Below the pieces are notes generated by a model. That model searched no databases and was not told the origin of the DNA. It was given only the letters and a program-made list of their open reading frames with translations. A stretch of 64,000 bases of DNA from an uncultured Chloroflexia bacterium (lineage in GTDB: Bacteria; Chloroflexota; Chloroflexia; Thermomicrobiales; CFX8), in assembly GCA_963709995.1 (NCBI GenBank), contig CAVPYN010000019.1, positions 127,109 to 191,108 of the forward strand, read 5' to 3'. Made by a program: the position numbers and the translations under genes. Of the stretch, positions 12,198 through 22,589 are shown piece by piece (within the stretch, counting starts at the first letter, position 1; every line of letters begins with the position of its first letter).

Positions 12198-12227
12198 ATC
12201 ATACGCATGTAATCACGAGAGTGTCAA
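12198..12227 (-). promoter_or_regulatory. sigma70-type promoter of ilv leader
   Basis: TTGACA-18 nt-TATGAT on the minus strand. Confidence 0.7.
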
Positions 12228-12352
12228 GTAACGAGCCACCCCAATTCGTCCTGAACCGCGAGGATCATAGCGTCCCCTGGCGTCGTTGGAAGAGCGGGGA
12301 TCGTGTGCTACCATCTATTGTTGCCGTCACATCGAACGTGTGATGGCGCTTC

Positions 12353-12425
12353 GCGCCCGTAGCTCAGTGGATAGAGCGTTTGGTTGCGGACCAAAAGGCC
12401 AGAGGTTCGAATCCTCTCGGGCGTA
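12353..12425 (+). tRNA. tRNA-Arg(GCG)
   Basis: Cloverleaf; anticodon arm TTTGG-TTGCGGA-CCAAA; T-loop GGTTCGAATCC. Confidence 0.93.
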
Positions 12426-12430
12426 CATTC

Positions 12431-12468
12431 AGCCCACCGGGCTAACTCCGGTGGGTTTCTTCTTTTTC
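12431..12468 (+). terminator. intrinsic terminator after tRNA-Arg
   Basis: CCCACCGG...CCGGTGGG followed by TTTCTTCTTTTT. Confidence 0.8.
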
Positions 12469-12498
12469 CGTCCCTGACCCTCCGGTATAATTCCGCGC

Positions 12499-12584
12499 GG
12501 AGAGGTGTCCGAGTGGTTTAAGGTGCTGCTCTCGAAAAGCAGTGTGGGCAACCCCCACCGTGGGTTCGAATCCCACCCTCTCCG
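12499..12584 (+). tRNA. tRNA-Ser(CGA)
   Basis: GGAGAGG/CCTCTCC acceptor; CTGCT-CTCGAAA-AGCAG; long variable arm; TATAAT at 12486-12491. Confidence 0.95.
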
Positions 12585-12622
12585 CAGTGCTAGAGCATCG
12601 CCCGCTCTGCAACTCGCACTTT

Positions 12623-12713
12623 GGAAGGGTCGCATAGTCTGGCCTAGTGCGCGCGACTGGAAATCGCGTAGGCGGGTCCTCTCGCCTCGTGGGTTCGAAT
12701 CCCACCCCTTCCG
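12623..12713 (+). tRNA. tRNA-Ser(GGA)
   Basis: GGAAGGG/CCCTTCC acceptor; CGCGA-CTGGAAA-TCGCG; long variable arm. Confidence 0.95.
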
Positions 12714-12813
12714 CCCCCGTTGTGCCTGCGTTTGTACCTGCCATGTACATTGACGCGGCTCGCGCTTTACGCTACGAATTGACGTGAGTCGACGCCTCGG
12801 TAAGGACATCCGG

Positions 12814-13602
12814 ATGGCAAGTCCTCAGGCAAACATCCCTATAGCTGGCGTCCCCGATTTCTGGGATCGCGTGGCCGCTTCCGAGTGCGCTGTCTTGCTG
12901 CTGGATTACGACGGCACCCTCGCGCCATTCCATCCCGACCGCATGCAGGCGCGGCCACTGGAAGGGATTTCCGACCAGTTCGATCTACTCGCCGCTTTGC
13001 CAGGTACCACGGTGGCGCTTGTCTCAGGGCGACCTGTCGACGAAATCCTCACGCTGACTGGTGCTTCGAATCTCCTGATCGCTGGCACGCATGGTTTCGA
13101 GCTCTACCGACCGGGCCGGGGCATCTCTACTGTTGAATTGTCAGAGGAGGTCTTCAAACGGCTTGACGAGGCACACCAACAGGCCGCCAGGCTGGTTGGC
13201 GAGCGCAGCGCCGAGCGAAAAGTCGCGACCGTGGCGCTGCATGTCCGGGGGCTCGATCCGGTGAGCGCTAGTCAGGCGGAACGTTCTTTTCGCGACTCGG
13301 TCGCGCCGCTTCTGGATGGTGATCTTGAGCTACGAGACTTCAACGGCGGGGTCGAGCTTCGAGTTCGCGGGCGGGACAAGGGCGACGCGATCACCGAGAT
13401 TCTCGCGGAACTGCCTCCCGCGGATCTGGTCGTGTATGTCGGCGATGATCAGACAGATGAAGACGCCTTCAGGGCGCTTCCCGTACAGGGTATCGGCGTA
13501 AAAGTCGGCAGCCCCGATCAACCTACCGCGGCCCAGGGGCGGTTGGAATCCTGTGAAGACGTTCTGCAATTTCTCAGGAACTGGATTGCGATGAAGCAAT
13601 GA
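12814..13602 (+). CDS. otsB: trehalose-6-phosphate phosphatase (HAD family)
   Basis: LLLDYDGTL, VSGR, DKG, YVGDDQTDEDAF; ATGA overlap with otsA; ATG 12814 preferred over GTG 12784. Confidence 0.9.
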   Translation: MASPQANIPIAGVPDFWDRVAASECAVLLLDYDGTLAPFHPDRMQARPLEGISDQFDLLAALPGTTVALVSGRPVDEILTLTGASNLLIAGTHGFELYRPGRGISTVELSEEVFKRLDEAHQQAARLVGERSAERKVATVALHVRGLDPVSASQAERSFRDSVAPLLDGDLELRDFNGGVELRVRGRDKGDAITEILAELPPADLVVYVGDDQTDEDAFRALPVQGIGVKVGSPDQPTAAQGRLESCEDVLQFLRNWIAMKQ

Positions 13603-15140
13603 GAGCCAACGTCGAGCGTGCATATTCGCGTCTTATTGTGGCTTCAAACCGTTTGCCGGTGACACTACACCATCACCCCGACGAAGGTTGGGAAGCGCAG
13701 CCGGCATCCGGCGGACTCGTCCACGCGCTCAAGTATGTCCTTCAGGAGCGTGGAGGGCAATGGCTTGGGTGGTCGGGCGTCGCTGGTGACCACGGCGTCG
13801 ATGAGGCGCTTGCGGAAGCCTCACGAGATCTTGCGTATGAAATGCGTCCGATACCGCTGAGTGAAGACGAAGTCGAGAATTACTACTTTGGGTTCTCAAA
13901 TGAAGTGCTGTGGCCACTTTTTCACGATATGGTTTCCCGGTGCAGGTTCGTGCCTGCGTACTGGACCAGCTATCAGGCAGTAAATCTGAAGTTCGCCCAG
14001 GCTCTCGCCGTTGAGACTTCAGAGAACGACTTTATCTGGGTTCAGGACTATCACCTGATCACCGTGGCGCAGCAACTGATCCGCCTGCGGCAGCGTCGCA
14101 ATGTTGGCTTCTTTCTCCATATTCCGTTCCCTCCGGTCGACGTGTTCGTAAAGCTCCCCTGGCGCTTTCAGATCCTCGAAGCCCTCCTGGCTTTCGACAC
14201 TGTCGGCTTCCAAACCGTTCGTGACAGCCAGAACTTCGTGAGCTGCGTGCGAGAACTGCTCACAAATGTCACCGTGCGCGCGGTCGATGACGTGTACATC
14301 GCGTCCACCACCGATCACCAGACGAAAGTCGGCAACTTCCCGATAGGCATCGACTTCGACGAGTTCGAACGCCGGGCAAGTCTCGACGCTGCGTCGGCGG
14401 AAGTTGCTCTCTTGCATCGCAGGCTCCCGGACCGGCAGATCATCCTGGGTATTGACCGGCTGGACTACACGAAAGGCATTCCAGAACGCCTGCACGCCTA
14501 TCGAAACGCGCTTCGCCGCTATCCGAGATTGATCGAAACCACATCAATGCTCCAGGTCGTCGTCCCGAGCCGGGAGATTGTCTCCGGGTATCGGTCGATG
14601 AAGGAGGAGGTCGAGCGGTTGGTGAGCGAGATCAACGGCGAGTTCACCCGGCCCGGTTGGGTGCCGGTTCACTACCTCTTCAGGTCATTGAGCATGACCG
14701 AGCTCGTCGCCTTCTACCGGGCATCCCAGATCAGCCTGGTTACCCCGCTTAAAGATGGGATGAATCTAATCTCGAAGGAGTACGTCGCGGCCAACGTTGA
14801 TCTGAATGGAACGCTGATCCTGAGCGAGTTCGCGGGCAGTGCGGCGCAGTTATCGGAGTACGCGCTGCTGGTAAATCCTCACGATGTAGTCGGCACCGCG
14901 GACGCGATCCTGAGAGCATTCGAGATGCATCCCGCCGAACGTGAACTGCGAATGTCCGAGATGCGTCGGATCGTCGATGAGACTGATGTATTCTGGTGGA
15001 CAAACGCATTTCTGGACCTTGCCTTGCGGAACGAAACTCGCCTGATTCCTCCGCAGCACTATTATGTGCCGCGCAAGGACGTTTCTGAAAAGGCTCCCTC
15101 CTCGGATATCATCCTTGCGCCGGAGGCACAGGTTGACTAG
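13599..15140 (+). CDS. otsA: trehalose-6-phosphate synthase (GT20)
   Basis: VASNRLP, SGGLV, LWPLFH, WVQDYHL, FFLHIPFP, DRLDYTKG, DGMNL, LSEFAG. Confidence 0.93.
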   Translation: MRANVERAYSRLIVASNRLPVTLHHHPDEGWEAQPASGGLVHALKYVLQERGGQWLGWSGVAGDHGVDEALAEASRDLAYEMRPIPLSEDEVENYYFGFSNEVLWPLFHDMVSRCRFVPAYWTSYQAVNLKFAQALAVETSENDFIWVQDYHLITVAQQLIRLRQRRNVGFFLHIPFPPVDVFVKLPWRFQILEALLAFDTVGFQTVRDSQNFVSCVRELLTNVTVRAVDDVYIASTTDHQTKVGNFPIGIDFDEFERRASLDAASAEVALLHRRLPDRQIILGIDRLDYTKGIPERLHAYRNALRRYPRLIETTSMLQVVVPSREIVSGYRSMKEEVERLVSEINGEFTRPGWVPVHYLFRSLSMTELVAFYRASQISLVTPLKDGMNLISKEYVAANVDLNGTLILSEFAGSAAQLSEYALLVNPHDVVGTADAILRAFEMHPAERELRMSEMRRIVDETDVFWWTNAFLDLALRNETRLIPPQHYYVPRKDVSEKAPSSDIILAPEAQVD

Positions 15141-16066
15141 CCGCGGATATTCAGTTTCGCACTGATCTCCTTGAAACTGGGGAGCGACGGCTGCGCGCCA
15201 GCTCTGGTCACAGCAAGCGCCCCGGCGACGACCCCGGCACTGACGGCCGATTCGAAGGACTGTCCCTGGGCAATCCAGGCGGCAAGCACACCGCAAAAGG
15301 CATCGCCTGCTCCAGTGGTGTCCACAACTTCAACGTCGAGCGTGGGGAGCGCAAGAACGGCACCGGCATCGGATGAGATCGCGCCTCGATCTCCAACCGT
15401 GATGACGGCACGCTCCCGCGCAAGTCCAGCAAGTATTCTCGCCGATGCGTCTTCGTTCTCCTTTGTGACGTCTCTCCCGAGAAAACCTCCGGCCTCAGTC
15501 TCGTTGCAGATGAGTACGTCGACCTTTTCAATGACCTGACCGAGACGATCCTGGTAAGGGGCGGCGTTGAAGATTTTGACAGCCGGAGATCGCTGAGCAG
15601 CGAGATGGTCGATCACTTTGGCTGGCGCTTCATTTGGAAAGAGGATCACATCCGGTCGAGTAGCCTCGATTGCGCGGTCGATTTGCGAAGTCGTCACATG
15701 GTCGTTCGCCCCGGCGACGGTCACGATCTGGTTTTGTCCAGCCCGGTCGACGATGATCAGCGCAAGGCCGGATGGCGTAGCGTCGATTATGATGCTGAAC
15801 GAGACATCGATGCCCTCGGATGCGAGTTCGTTTCGTCTTGCTGTGCCATACTCATCAGTCCCGAACGCTCCGACGAACGAAACTCGCGCACCAGCTCTCG
15901 CAGCCGCAACAGCCTGGTTCGCGGCCTTGCCACCAGGATAGATGTGAAACGCCGACGATGCGACCGTCTCCCCTGGACGGGGAAGACGGTCAGTCAGACA
16001 AACGAGATCGGTGTTCGAGCTTCCAACAACCAGGATCTTGCCGGAACCTGATCTACCACTCGTCAT
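15137..16066 (-). CDS. rbsK: ribokinase (PfkB family)
   Basis: VVGSSNTD, PGGKAANQAVAAAR, NETEA, VDTTGAGDAFCG. Confidence 0.88.
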   Translation of the reverse strand: MTSGRSGSGKILVVGSSNTDLVCLTDRLPRPGETVASSAFHIYPGGKAANQAVAAARAGARVSFVGAFGTDEYGTARRNELASEGIDVSFSIIIDATPSGLALIIVDRAGQNQIVTVAGANDHVTTSQIDRAIEATRPDVILFPNEAPAKVIDHLAAQRSPAVKIFNAAPYQDRLGQVIEKVDVLICNETEAGGFLGRDVTKENEDASARILAGLARERAVITVGDRGAISSDAGAVLALPTLDVEVVDTTGAGDAFCGVLAAWIAQGQSFESAVSAGVVAGALAVTRAGAQPSLPSFKEISAKLNIRG

Positions 16067-18692
16067 CGTCGTATTCCGTTACTTCTTTCGATCTCCAGAA
16101 GAGCAACCGCGAGAAGAAGTGCCGGAGAAGGACCCCCCGGAGCCGCAGCCACGCCTGGCGGGCACGCAACAGTTCGGATTGGCTTGGCCGGGAGTTGCCG
16201 TACGTTTCCTGGACGTACAGGTCGGTCAAGTATCCGACCGGCAGCCGGCTGCCCGACACAGTGCTCGCAATCTGCTCGGCGAACTCATTTGGCGTCATCG
16301 CGGCCGTTCCACGCACGCCGCCCCAGTTTGCGCCACGAGACATCTTGGTGTACATCTGCGATGATGGGGTCAACCCACGAGTTCCCCGAAGCCAGAGATA
16401 CGCGATGATGAGAATGGTCAGCAGGATTGCCAACGGCACGACGCGGATGGCCAGATCACGAGTGCCTAGCCCATTATCGGTCGAGCCGACAGTTCCCTCG
16501 CCAGTCGGAAGGTTGGCGTTTTGCTCGTCGAACGCAATGTCATTGAGATCCTGAAAGTCATCCGGCAATCGCCCTTCCCCGGGAAGGATGCCGCGGTCGT
16601 TACGAGGAGGTACTCCGGGATTGGCCGGTGTCGACACATCCCGGTCAACCGCGGATCGCGCCGCGGTAGGTTCAAATCCGACCCAGCCGTAGTCAGGGAA
16701 GTAGACCTCGGGCCATGCGTGCGCATTTCGCTCGCGATAAATCAATCCGTCCTCGCCTGAGTCGTCGGTCGGGAAGAACCCCACCGACATCCGGGCGGGA
16801 ATGCCGAGCGATCTGGCCATGACGATGAATGACGACGCATAGTACTCGCAGTAGCCCTCCTGAGAAGTGAAGATCACGTAATCAACGACATCGACGTCTG
16901 CCGGGGGAAACGCGATCGACTCGCTATAGGCAATGTTCGTCCGAAGATACGCTTCGAGCGCCTTGGCGATGTCATACGTGTTTGACTGACCAGCGGCGAT
17001 TTCGGCTGCGAGGGATCTTGTGCGGTCGGTCACAGACTCCGGAAGTTCAAGGTAGCGATCGAGAACTTCCTGTGGGATCTCGCCATCCGCGACCCGCAGG
17101 TCCGTTCCCTTGGCGTCGCTCACAAGCGCATCGACAGCGTAGGTATCGCCTTCCTGCAGCTCGTTCTGCGCTCGTACGGCCTCGACATCATCAAGCACTG
17201 GAAAACGGCCCCGATAGTTCAGGTTCTGAACGCGATAGGTTTCCGGGTTGATCGTGTAGCTCACCTGGATGCTCTCTGCGATCAGTTCATTCTGCATGGT
17301 GGAAAGTTCCGCCGGAAGCTTCGTGAAGTCAGGTTCTGGAAGAGGAGCAGGCGTGGGAGACGCTTCGGGCGTCGCCGCGGTTCCGTCTGGAGTAGGAGCC
17401 GGCGGAATGTCTGGAGTTAGATCGACAGTCTGGAGGATCTGGACGAACGGCCATAGCTGGGGAGGAATGCTCTCCGGAGTCGCGGATTGAACGTCGATCG
17501 CGTTTTCCACGTCTTGCCAGGCGACCACCAGACTTGTGCTGATATCTGACGAAACAAACGAGCTCGGGGAAAAGAGCAGGCTGCCTCGCGTGGTCTGAAT
17601 CGTCATCCCGAAGGTCTGACGTTCGCGGTTCTTTGCATACGATGGATCCACCGGACGATTTTCCCCCGGACGGAGCTCGAAGAGCGGCGGGACAATCGCT
17701 GGCTCGCCTTCGGCGAGTGGTGGCGTGAGGTCGGATTCCCAACCGCGCCCGGTGTAGACGTTATATGTGTGCGCCTGCAGGTACGGCGCGCGGTCAGTTC
17801 CGCTGACGACCACGACTGGATCGTCACTAAGCCGGAGCGGTCCGCCAAGTTCGAAATTATCGTCGAACGCGGCGAATCCACCGACGCCGCTCTGGCCGGG
17901 CCCGCGCAGCCCGACGAACCATTCATTGACTTGAGAGTCGATTGAGCGCCAGGGTCCATCAACTTCGTGCCAGAGATCGTTCGCGGTGCTGCTTCGGGCA
18001 CTGACTGGAACGACCCAGCCAAAGAGAATGACGACGACGGCAAGATAGCTCGCCGCCCACATGCCGCGCCAGACAAGAGTCGACGGATAATCGATTCGAA
18101 CCCGCCGCCAGTTGATCTCGCGTTGTAGCAGTGCGAAACGCATGAGCAAGAGCAGGGAAACAAAGAGGAAGAGCACCACAAGCCCGTTTGGCACTCTCAG
18201 GCTGTATCCGAGGTTGAGGAGCAACACGACACCAGGGAAGAAGAGCGCGGCCCAGATCCATCGCGCCCGGAACACAAACCACATCGTCATGTATGCCATC
18301 AGGAACGTCAGGATCGAGACGAACAGGACGAAAAGATAAAGGTCCTCTGCCTGGTCCCCATTTATCAAGAGTCGGATCCACTCTTCGCCCCGGTCCCAAA
18401 GCCAGCGCAGCTTGTCACGAGTGGTCCCGACCGAGTCGTCGATGTAGCTGGTCATCGCGAAGACGACGGCGATCACCCCAACAACAAATCCGCCCAGATG
18501 AAGGACGGCAGAGGGCAGGCGTCTCCACTTCGAAACAACAAACCCGGCGACGAGTCCGGCAGCCATCACCCAGGTTAGAACGCCGAGTCCGTCTGCCCAG
18601 TCTGCTCGCTGTATTGAAACAACGGCAATATAGACAAGCAGCACGGTCAGGACCAGCGTTGCCCATCCCTCTCGTATCTTGAAGCGCTTCAT
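16053..18692 (-). CDS. membrane transglutaminase-like protein (TgpA type: N-terminal TM region, transglutaminase core, C-terminal DUF4129-like)
   Basis: Multiple TM helices; catalytic motifs GYCEYYAS, LGIPARMSVGF, AHAWPEVYF, WVGFEPT. Confidence 0.88.
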   Translation of the reverse strand: MKRFKIREGWATLVLTVLLVYIAVVSIQRADWADGLGVLTWVMAAGLVAGFVVSKWRRLPSAVLHLGGFVVGVIAVVFAMTSYIDDSVGTTRDKLRWLWDRGEEWIRLLINGDQAEDLYLFVLFVSILTFLMAYMTMWFVFRARWIWAALFFPGVVLLLNLGYSLRVPNGLVVLFLFVSLLLLMRFALLQREINWRRVRIDYPSTLVWRGMWAASYLAVVVILFGWVVPVSARSSTANDLWHEVDGPWRSIDSQVNEWFVGLRGPGQSGVGGFAAFDDNFELGGPLRLSDDPVVVVSGTDRAPYLQAHTYNVYTGRGWESDLTPPLAEGEPAIVPPLFELRPGENRPVDPSYAKNRERQTFGMTIQTTRGSLLFSPSSFVSSDISTSLVVAWQDVENAIDVQSATPESIPPQLWPFVQILQTVDLTPDIPPAPTPDGTAATPEASPTPAPLPEPDFTKLPAELSTMQNELIAESIQVSYTINPETYRVQNLNYRGRFPVLDDVEAVRAQNELQEGDTYAVDALVSDAKGTDLRVADGEIPQEVLDRYLELPESVTDRTRSLAAEIAAGQSNTYDIAKALEAYLRTNIAYSESIAFPPADVDVVDYVIFTSQEGYCEYYASSFIVMARSLGIPARMSVGFFPTDDSGEDGLIYRERNAHAWPEVYFPDYGWVGFEPTAARSAVDRDVSTPANPGVPPRNDRGILPGEGRLPDDFQDLNDIAFDEQNANLPTGEGTVGSTDNGLGTRDLAIRVVPLAILLTILIIAYLWLRGTRGLTPSSQMYTKMSRGANWGGVRGTAAMTPNEFAEQIASTVSGSRLPVGYLTDLYVQETYGNSRPSQSELLRARQAWLRLRGVLLRHFFSRLLFWRSKEVTEYDDDEW

Positions 18693-19969
18693 CCCGCCTC
18701 CTGAACTTTCAGCGGCACAGCTTGGCCGGTATACGCAGATGCTTGGACCGGGTCCGGCACACGTTGAACTGGCGTTCCAGGCGCCTGACTAGCATTCGAT
18801 CGATCATGCGGATCTTGCTGCCCCGATTTCCTGGCAATGGATATGAACCACACGCAAGCGGCAACGAATAGAGCACCCAAGGCAAGGGCGACGGTCAACA
18901 GCGCGACTGCCTGCCCGGTAGAGGGATCCACGCCCTCCTCGATTCCCAACACTGAATAGACGAATCCAAGTGACAATGCGTTCCATCCAGCATGCAAAAC
19001 GGTGGCGACCACCAGGTACGCCAGAAAGCCTCGACCGGTGCGCTGGTATCGATACCACCCGATCGCCACAATTGTCGTCGCGGCGATATGCAAAATGACG
19101 ACCGGGGCACGGATCAATGCCACTTGCTGCCAGTTCGTCGGAGCTGCGAGGGTGTACCCAACGCCTTCCAACAAGGCAAATCCCAGACCTGCCCCAAGCC
19201 CGGCGGCAAACGCGTTCCGTAGTTCAATGGTCGATCGCCTGGAAAGCACGAGGATTGCGCCAGCCCCTTTGACAAGTTCCTCACTGAGCGGCGCAATAAC
19301 CGCCACAAGGGACACGAGCGCCGCGGCGATCGTTGGAAATTCGACGATGTCCGGCAGTTGAGTTGTGCTACCTGCCGGATCGGAGTCGTCCAGATAATCG
19401 GAAATCCGCTCCTCAAGGTTCGGGTCGATTGCGAAGTCTGGGTCGCCGGCATAAAGCCCGCCGATTGCCGCGAAAATCAGCAACATGGCGGCCGTCCCCT
19501 GAATGAGGAAGAGAACCGGCGGCGCAACCACGGCGCCCCAGATCCATGCGGGCAAGACATCCCGACTGGCAAGGCGTTCATCTGGCATCCAGCGTGCCCC
19601 CAGTCGGAGGAAGAACGCGCCAACCGCGAAAAACGCGACCACTGCTAGGAATGGCGCCGCATAGATTCCACGATCCAGCGCCGACAAACCGAACCCGGCT
19701 CCAATAGCGGCGAAGAATATGACCAGGCTCAACCAAAGCGGCGGTGGACGAAACAATCGCGTGGACACGGGACGGCGATCGAATGTCGAACGAAGCCAGA
19801 CGGCAGCGACCGTGATTCCAAACAATCCGAACCCGGCTAGCCCGCCATACGACTCGCCGGCCTCTGTGTGATCTGTGGACAGGACAATCGCGGCTGCCCA
19901 GGCTCCTACGGCGGCGACGCTACTGAGCCCAATCGCCAACGCAAGCAAGCGCTGGACGGCGAGGCTCAT
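18689..19969 (-). CDS. PrsW-family intramembrane glutamic protease
   Basis: Polytopic; motifs APLSEELVKG (EExxK), GFALLE (FxxxE), LHIAAT, LHAGWN (HxxxN); ATG at 19969. Confidence 0.8.
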   Translation of the reverse strand: MSLAVQRLLALAIGLSSVAAVGAWAAAIVLSTDHTEAGESYGGLAGFGLFGITVAAVWLRSTFDRRPVSTRLFRPPPLWLSLVIFFAAIGAGFGLSALDRGIYAAPFLAVVAFFAVGAFFLRLGARWMPDERLASRDVLPAWIWGAVVAPPVLFLIQGTAAMLLIFAAIGGLYAGDPDFAIDPNLEERISDYLDDSDPAGSTTQLPDIVEFPTIAAALVSLVAVIAPLSEELVKGAGAILVLSRRSTIELRNAFAAGLGAGLGFALLEGVGYTLAAPTNWQQVALIRAPVVILHIAATTIVAIGWYRYQRTGRGFLAYLVVATVLHAGWNALSLGFVYSVLGIEEGVDPSTGQAVALLTVALALGALFVAACVWFISIARKSGQQDPHDRSNASQAPGTPVQRVPDPVQASAYTGQAVPLKVQEAG

Positions 19970-21232
19970 CTGCGCCTCGCTGAGATTCCTGCGGCATGGG
20001 TTGCGAGGGCCTGGCTGATGTCGTCTCCGTATTTCACGAGATAGGTTGGAATGCTGACCGAAGCGAGGTCGAAACCACCATGAGACTCGAATTCTGTCCA
20101 CCGAATGTATTCGGTTCAATGACTACCGCGACCGATTGAACGTTACGGGTGACGATGTTGATCAGCGCCTGTACCCATGCCTCATCGGTAGACGGTGTGA
20201 TGGCGATTACCGTGCTGTTGCGTGTAAAGAGACCGCCCTCCGCTAGCAGTAGTTCCGCCAGCGGCATATCTCCGGTTGATTGCGCGAGGCCAGTTGCTCG
20301 AGAATCTTCAACATTTGACGACCGCCGCGATCGGCCGGTATGACTGTTGTCGGCGCCCCGTTCGACGATCAGTCCAACGTTGCGGTTCTGGTTCAGGAAA
20401 TGACGCGCAAGGGAGGCCGCAATCGTCACGCCATACTCTTCGGTTGAGTCGAGCCAGAATGAAAGCGGCACGTCCGCCGTCTGAATCGGTCGGTATCGCC
20501 GAACCGCCAAGCGCGCCGGCCTGCACTGACGAGTCGAGGTCCAGGACGATCCAGAGATCCGCGGTCGGATCAAGCTCGAACTCCTTCACCATCAGTTTGC
20601 CCGGTTCGAGCGGTCGCTCTCCAGGCAATCCGGTTGAACGCGTCGCCGGGGAAATAGTCGCGGACGGATGCCGCATTCGGTGTCACGAATGGCGTGCGTC
20701 GCTGAATCGCTGAGCCACCAGGAAGTTCGCCGACGGGAAGCGCGAAGTGGCTCAAGTCAACCGTGGCCGGATAGACCAGGAGTTCCTCGTCTCAGGCACG
20801 ATCTGGTAGCGCGGGAACAGACCGAACGGGTCACCGCTGCGGAGGAGCATCGGACCAATCCGGAATTTGCCCCGTCGAGCAGCTAGCGTATCGACCCGCC
20901 AGCGATTCGAATCGTGCGGCCCGAGATGGACGACCTTGGACACTCTGTGGCCCGGCAGGTTGGACTGGTCGAGCAGCTCTACCCACAGCTTGGCGAGACG
21001 GCCCCGGTTCTGGACCCGTATTCGCTCCTGAAATGGCTGCCCAACCTGCGCGCGATCAGATCGCGCGTCGCGCGAAACGGTGACGTCGCGCAGGCTGAGC
21101 ATAACTCCAGACAAACCCGACGATAAGCAGCGCGATGAGAGTAAAGAAGATATTGTCGAGCACGTCCCACTGGTTCAGTTGAGCAAGAATCAGCAGGATG
21201 AGGGCAATGATGGCCAGCTTGAGGCCATTCAT
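19966..21232 (-). CDS. DUF58 domain protein (MoxR partner); several apparent indels
   Basis: [55 protein letters not shown]; ATGA overlaps at both ends. Confidence 0.85.
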
Positions 21233-22230
21233 TCACTGCCCCCTCGACCTCTCCAGCCACGGGTCGGGGATCCTACGGCAGTCGCGTCCCTGCCTGCTCC
21301 GGGGACCGGCAGCGTTGAGAGGATCTCGCGAATCACAACGCGGGAATCTATATTCCGCATGCGCGCAGCGGGATTGATGATGACGCGATGTGCGAGCGTC
21401 GGCTCGGCAAGATCCTTGATATCGTCAGGGATTACGTACTCACGTCCTTGCACCGCCGCCCAGGCACGAGAAGTGTCGCGCAGCGCGAGTGTGCCGCGCG
21501 GGCTTGCACCAAGGTAGATGTGTTCGTGCTGCCGGGTCGCCTCTACGATATCGACCATGTACTCCTTGAGGCGATCATCGACATGCACGTTCTTGATTTC
21601 CTGCTGGGCTGCGAGAAGCTCATCGACCTCGATGACACGCTGGACGGCATCGATTGGATGACGAACCTCCTGGGAATCGAGAATCGCGATCTCGTTCTGG
21701 CGTCCTGGATAACCGAGTGATAGCCGGACTAGAAACCGGTCGAGCTGCGCTTCAGGAAGCGGGAATGTGCCTTCGTACTCGATCGGGTTTTCAGTAGCCA
21801 GAACGACAAATGGTGCTGGCAACTGGTGCGTCGTCCCGTCGACCGTAACCTGACTCTCCTCCATCGCTTCGAGCAGGGCGGATTGCGTCTTCGGTGTTGC
21901 CCGGTTGATCTCGTCGGCAAGCACGATCTGGGCGAACACCGGACCGGGCCGAAACTCGAAATCGGAGTCACGCATGTTGAAAATGCTCACACCAGTGACG
22001 TCGCTGGGCAGGAGATCGGGGGTGAACTGGATGCGCTTGAAGGAACACCCCAGGCTTCGCGCGATTGTTTTCGCAAGCATTGTTTTGCCGACGCCGGGCA
22101 CGTCTTCAACCAGCACATGCCCCCGGCACAACAGAGCGACGAGCACCAGACGGGCTTCACGGCTCTTGCCGATGATCACCTTGTCCACGTTCCCCACCAA
22201 TTGATCTGCAATGCGCTGAACGGCGTCCAT
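21229..22230 (-). CDS. MoxR family AAA+ ATPase
   Basis: [61 protein letters not shown]; ATG 22230. Confidence 0.93.
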   Translation of the reverse strand: MDAVQRIADQLVGNVDKVIIGKSREARLVLVALLCRGHVLVEDVPGVGKTMLAKTIARSLGCSFKRIQFTPDLLPSDVTGVSIFNMRDSDFEFRPGPVFAQIVLADEINRATPKTQSALLEAMEESQVTVDGTTHQLPAPFVVLATENPIEYEGTFPLPEAQLDRFLVRLSLGYPGRQNEIAILDSQEVRHPIDAVQRVIEVDELLAAQQEIKNVHVDDRLKEYMVDIVEATRQHEHIYLGASPRGTLALRDTSRAWAAVQGREYVIPDDIKDLAEPTLAHRVIINPAARMRNIDSRVVIREILSTLPVPGAGRDATAVGSPTRGWRGRGGSE

Positions 22231-22589
22231 CGTCTCCCCTTCTCGGCGCTTCCGGTGCGCCGCGGAACCTGTTGTGGTCACACTACGTGCTATGAATAGA
22301 ACCTTTGAAACCGGATTCGTCGTCTGTGTCACTGTAATCTGGGCGGCGCCAGTGCGCCTGGAGCCGGCAGCGTGCAGACATTTGTTCTCGCGAAAGGGCG
22401 AGCCTCGCAAGCCAATGAAACCTGAATTGGACCGGATTATAGCAACCTGACATCAAGGCAAAGGATGGACGGTTACAATCGTCTTCATCCTGGCTCGCAC
22501 TGGGGCCGTACGTTCATGTGACGTACCATGTAGGATCAGTTCGAACGCTAGCCCAGCATCCCCGTTCGCCTTAGAAAGGAATGAAGTGA

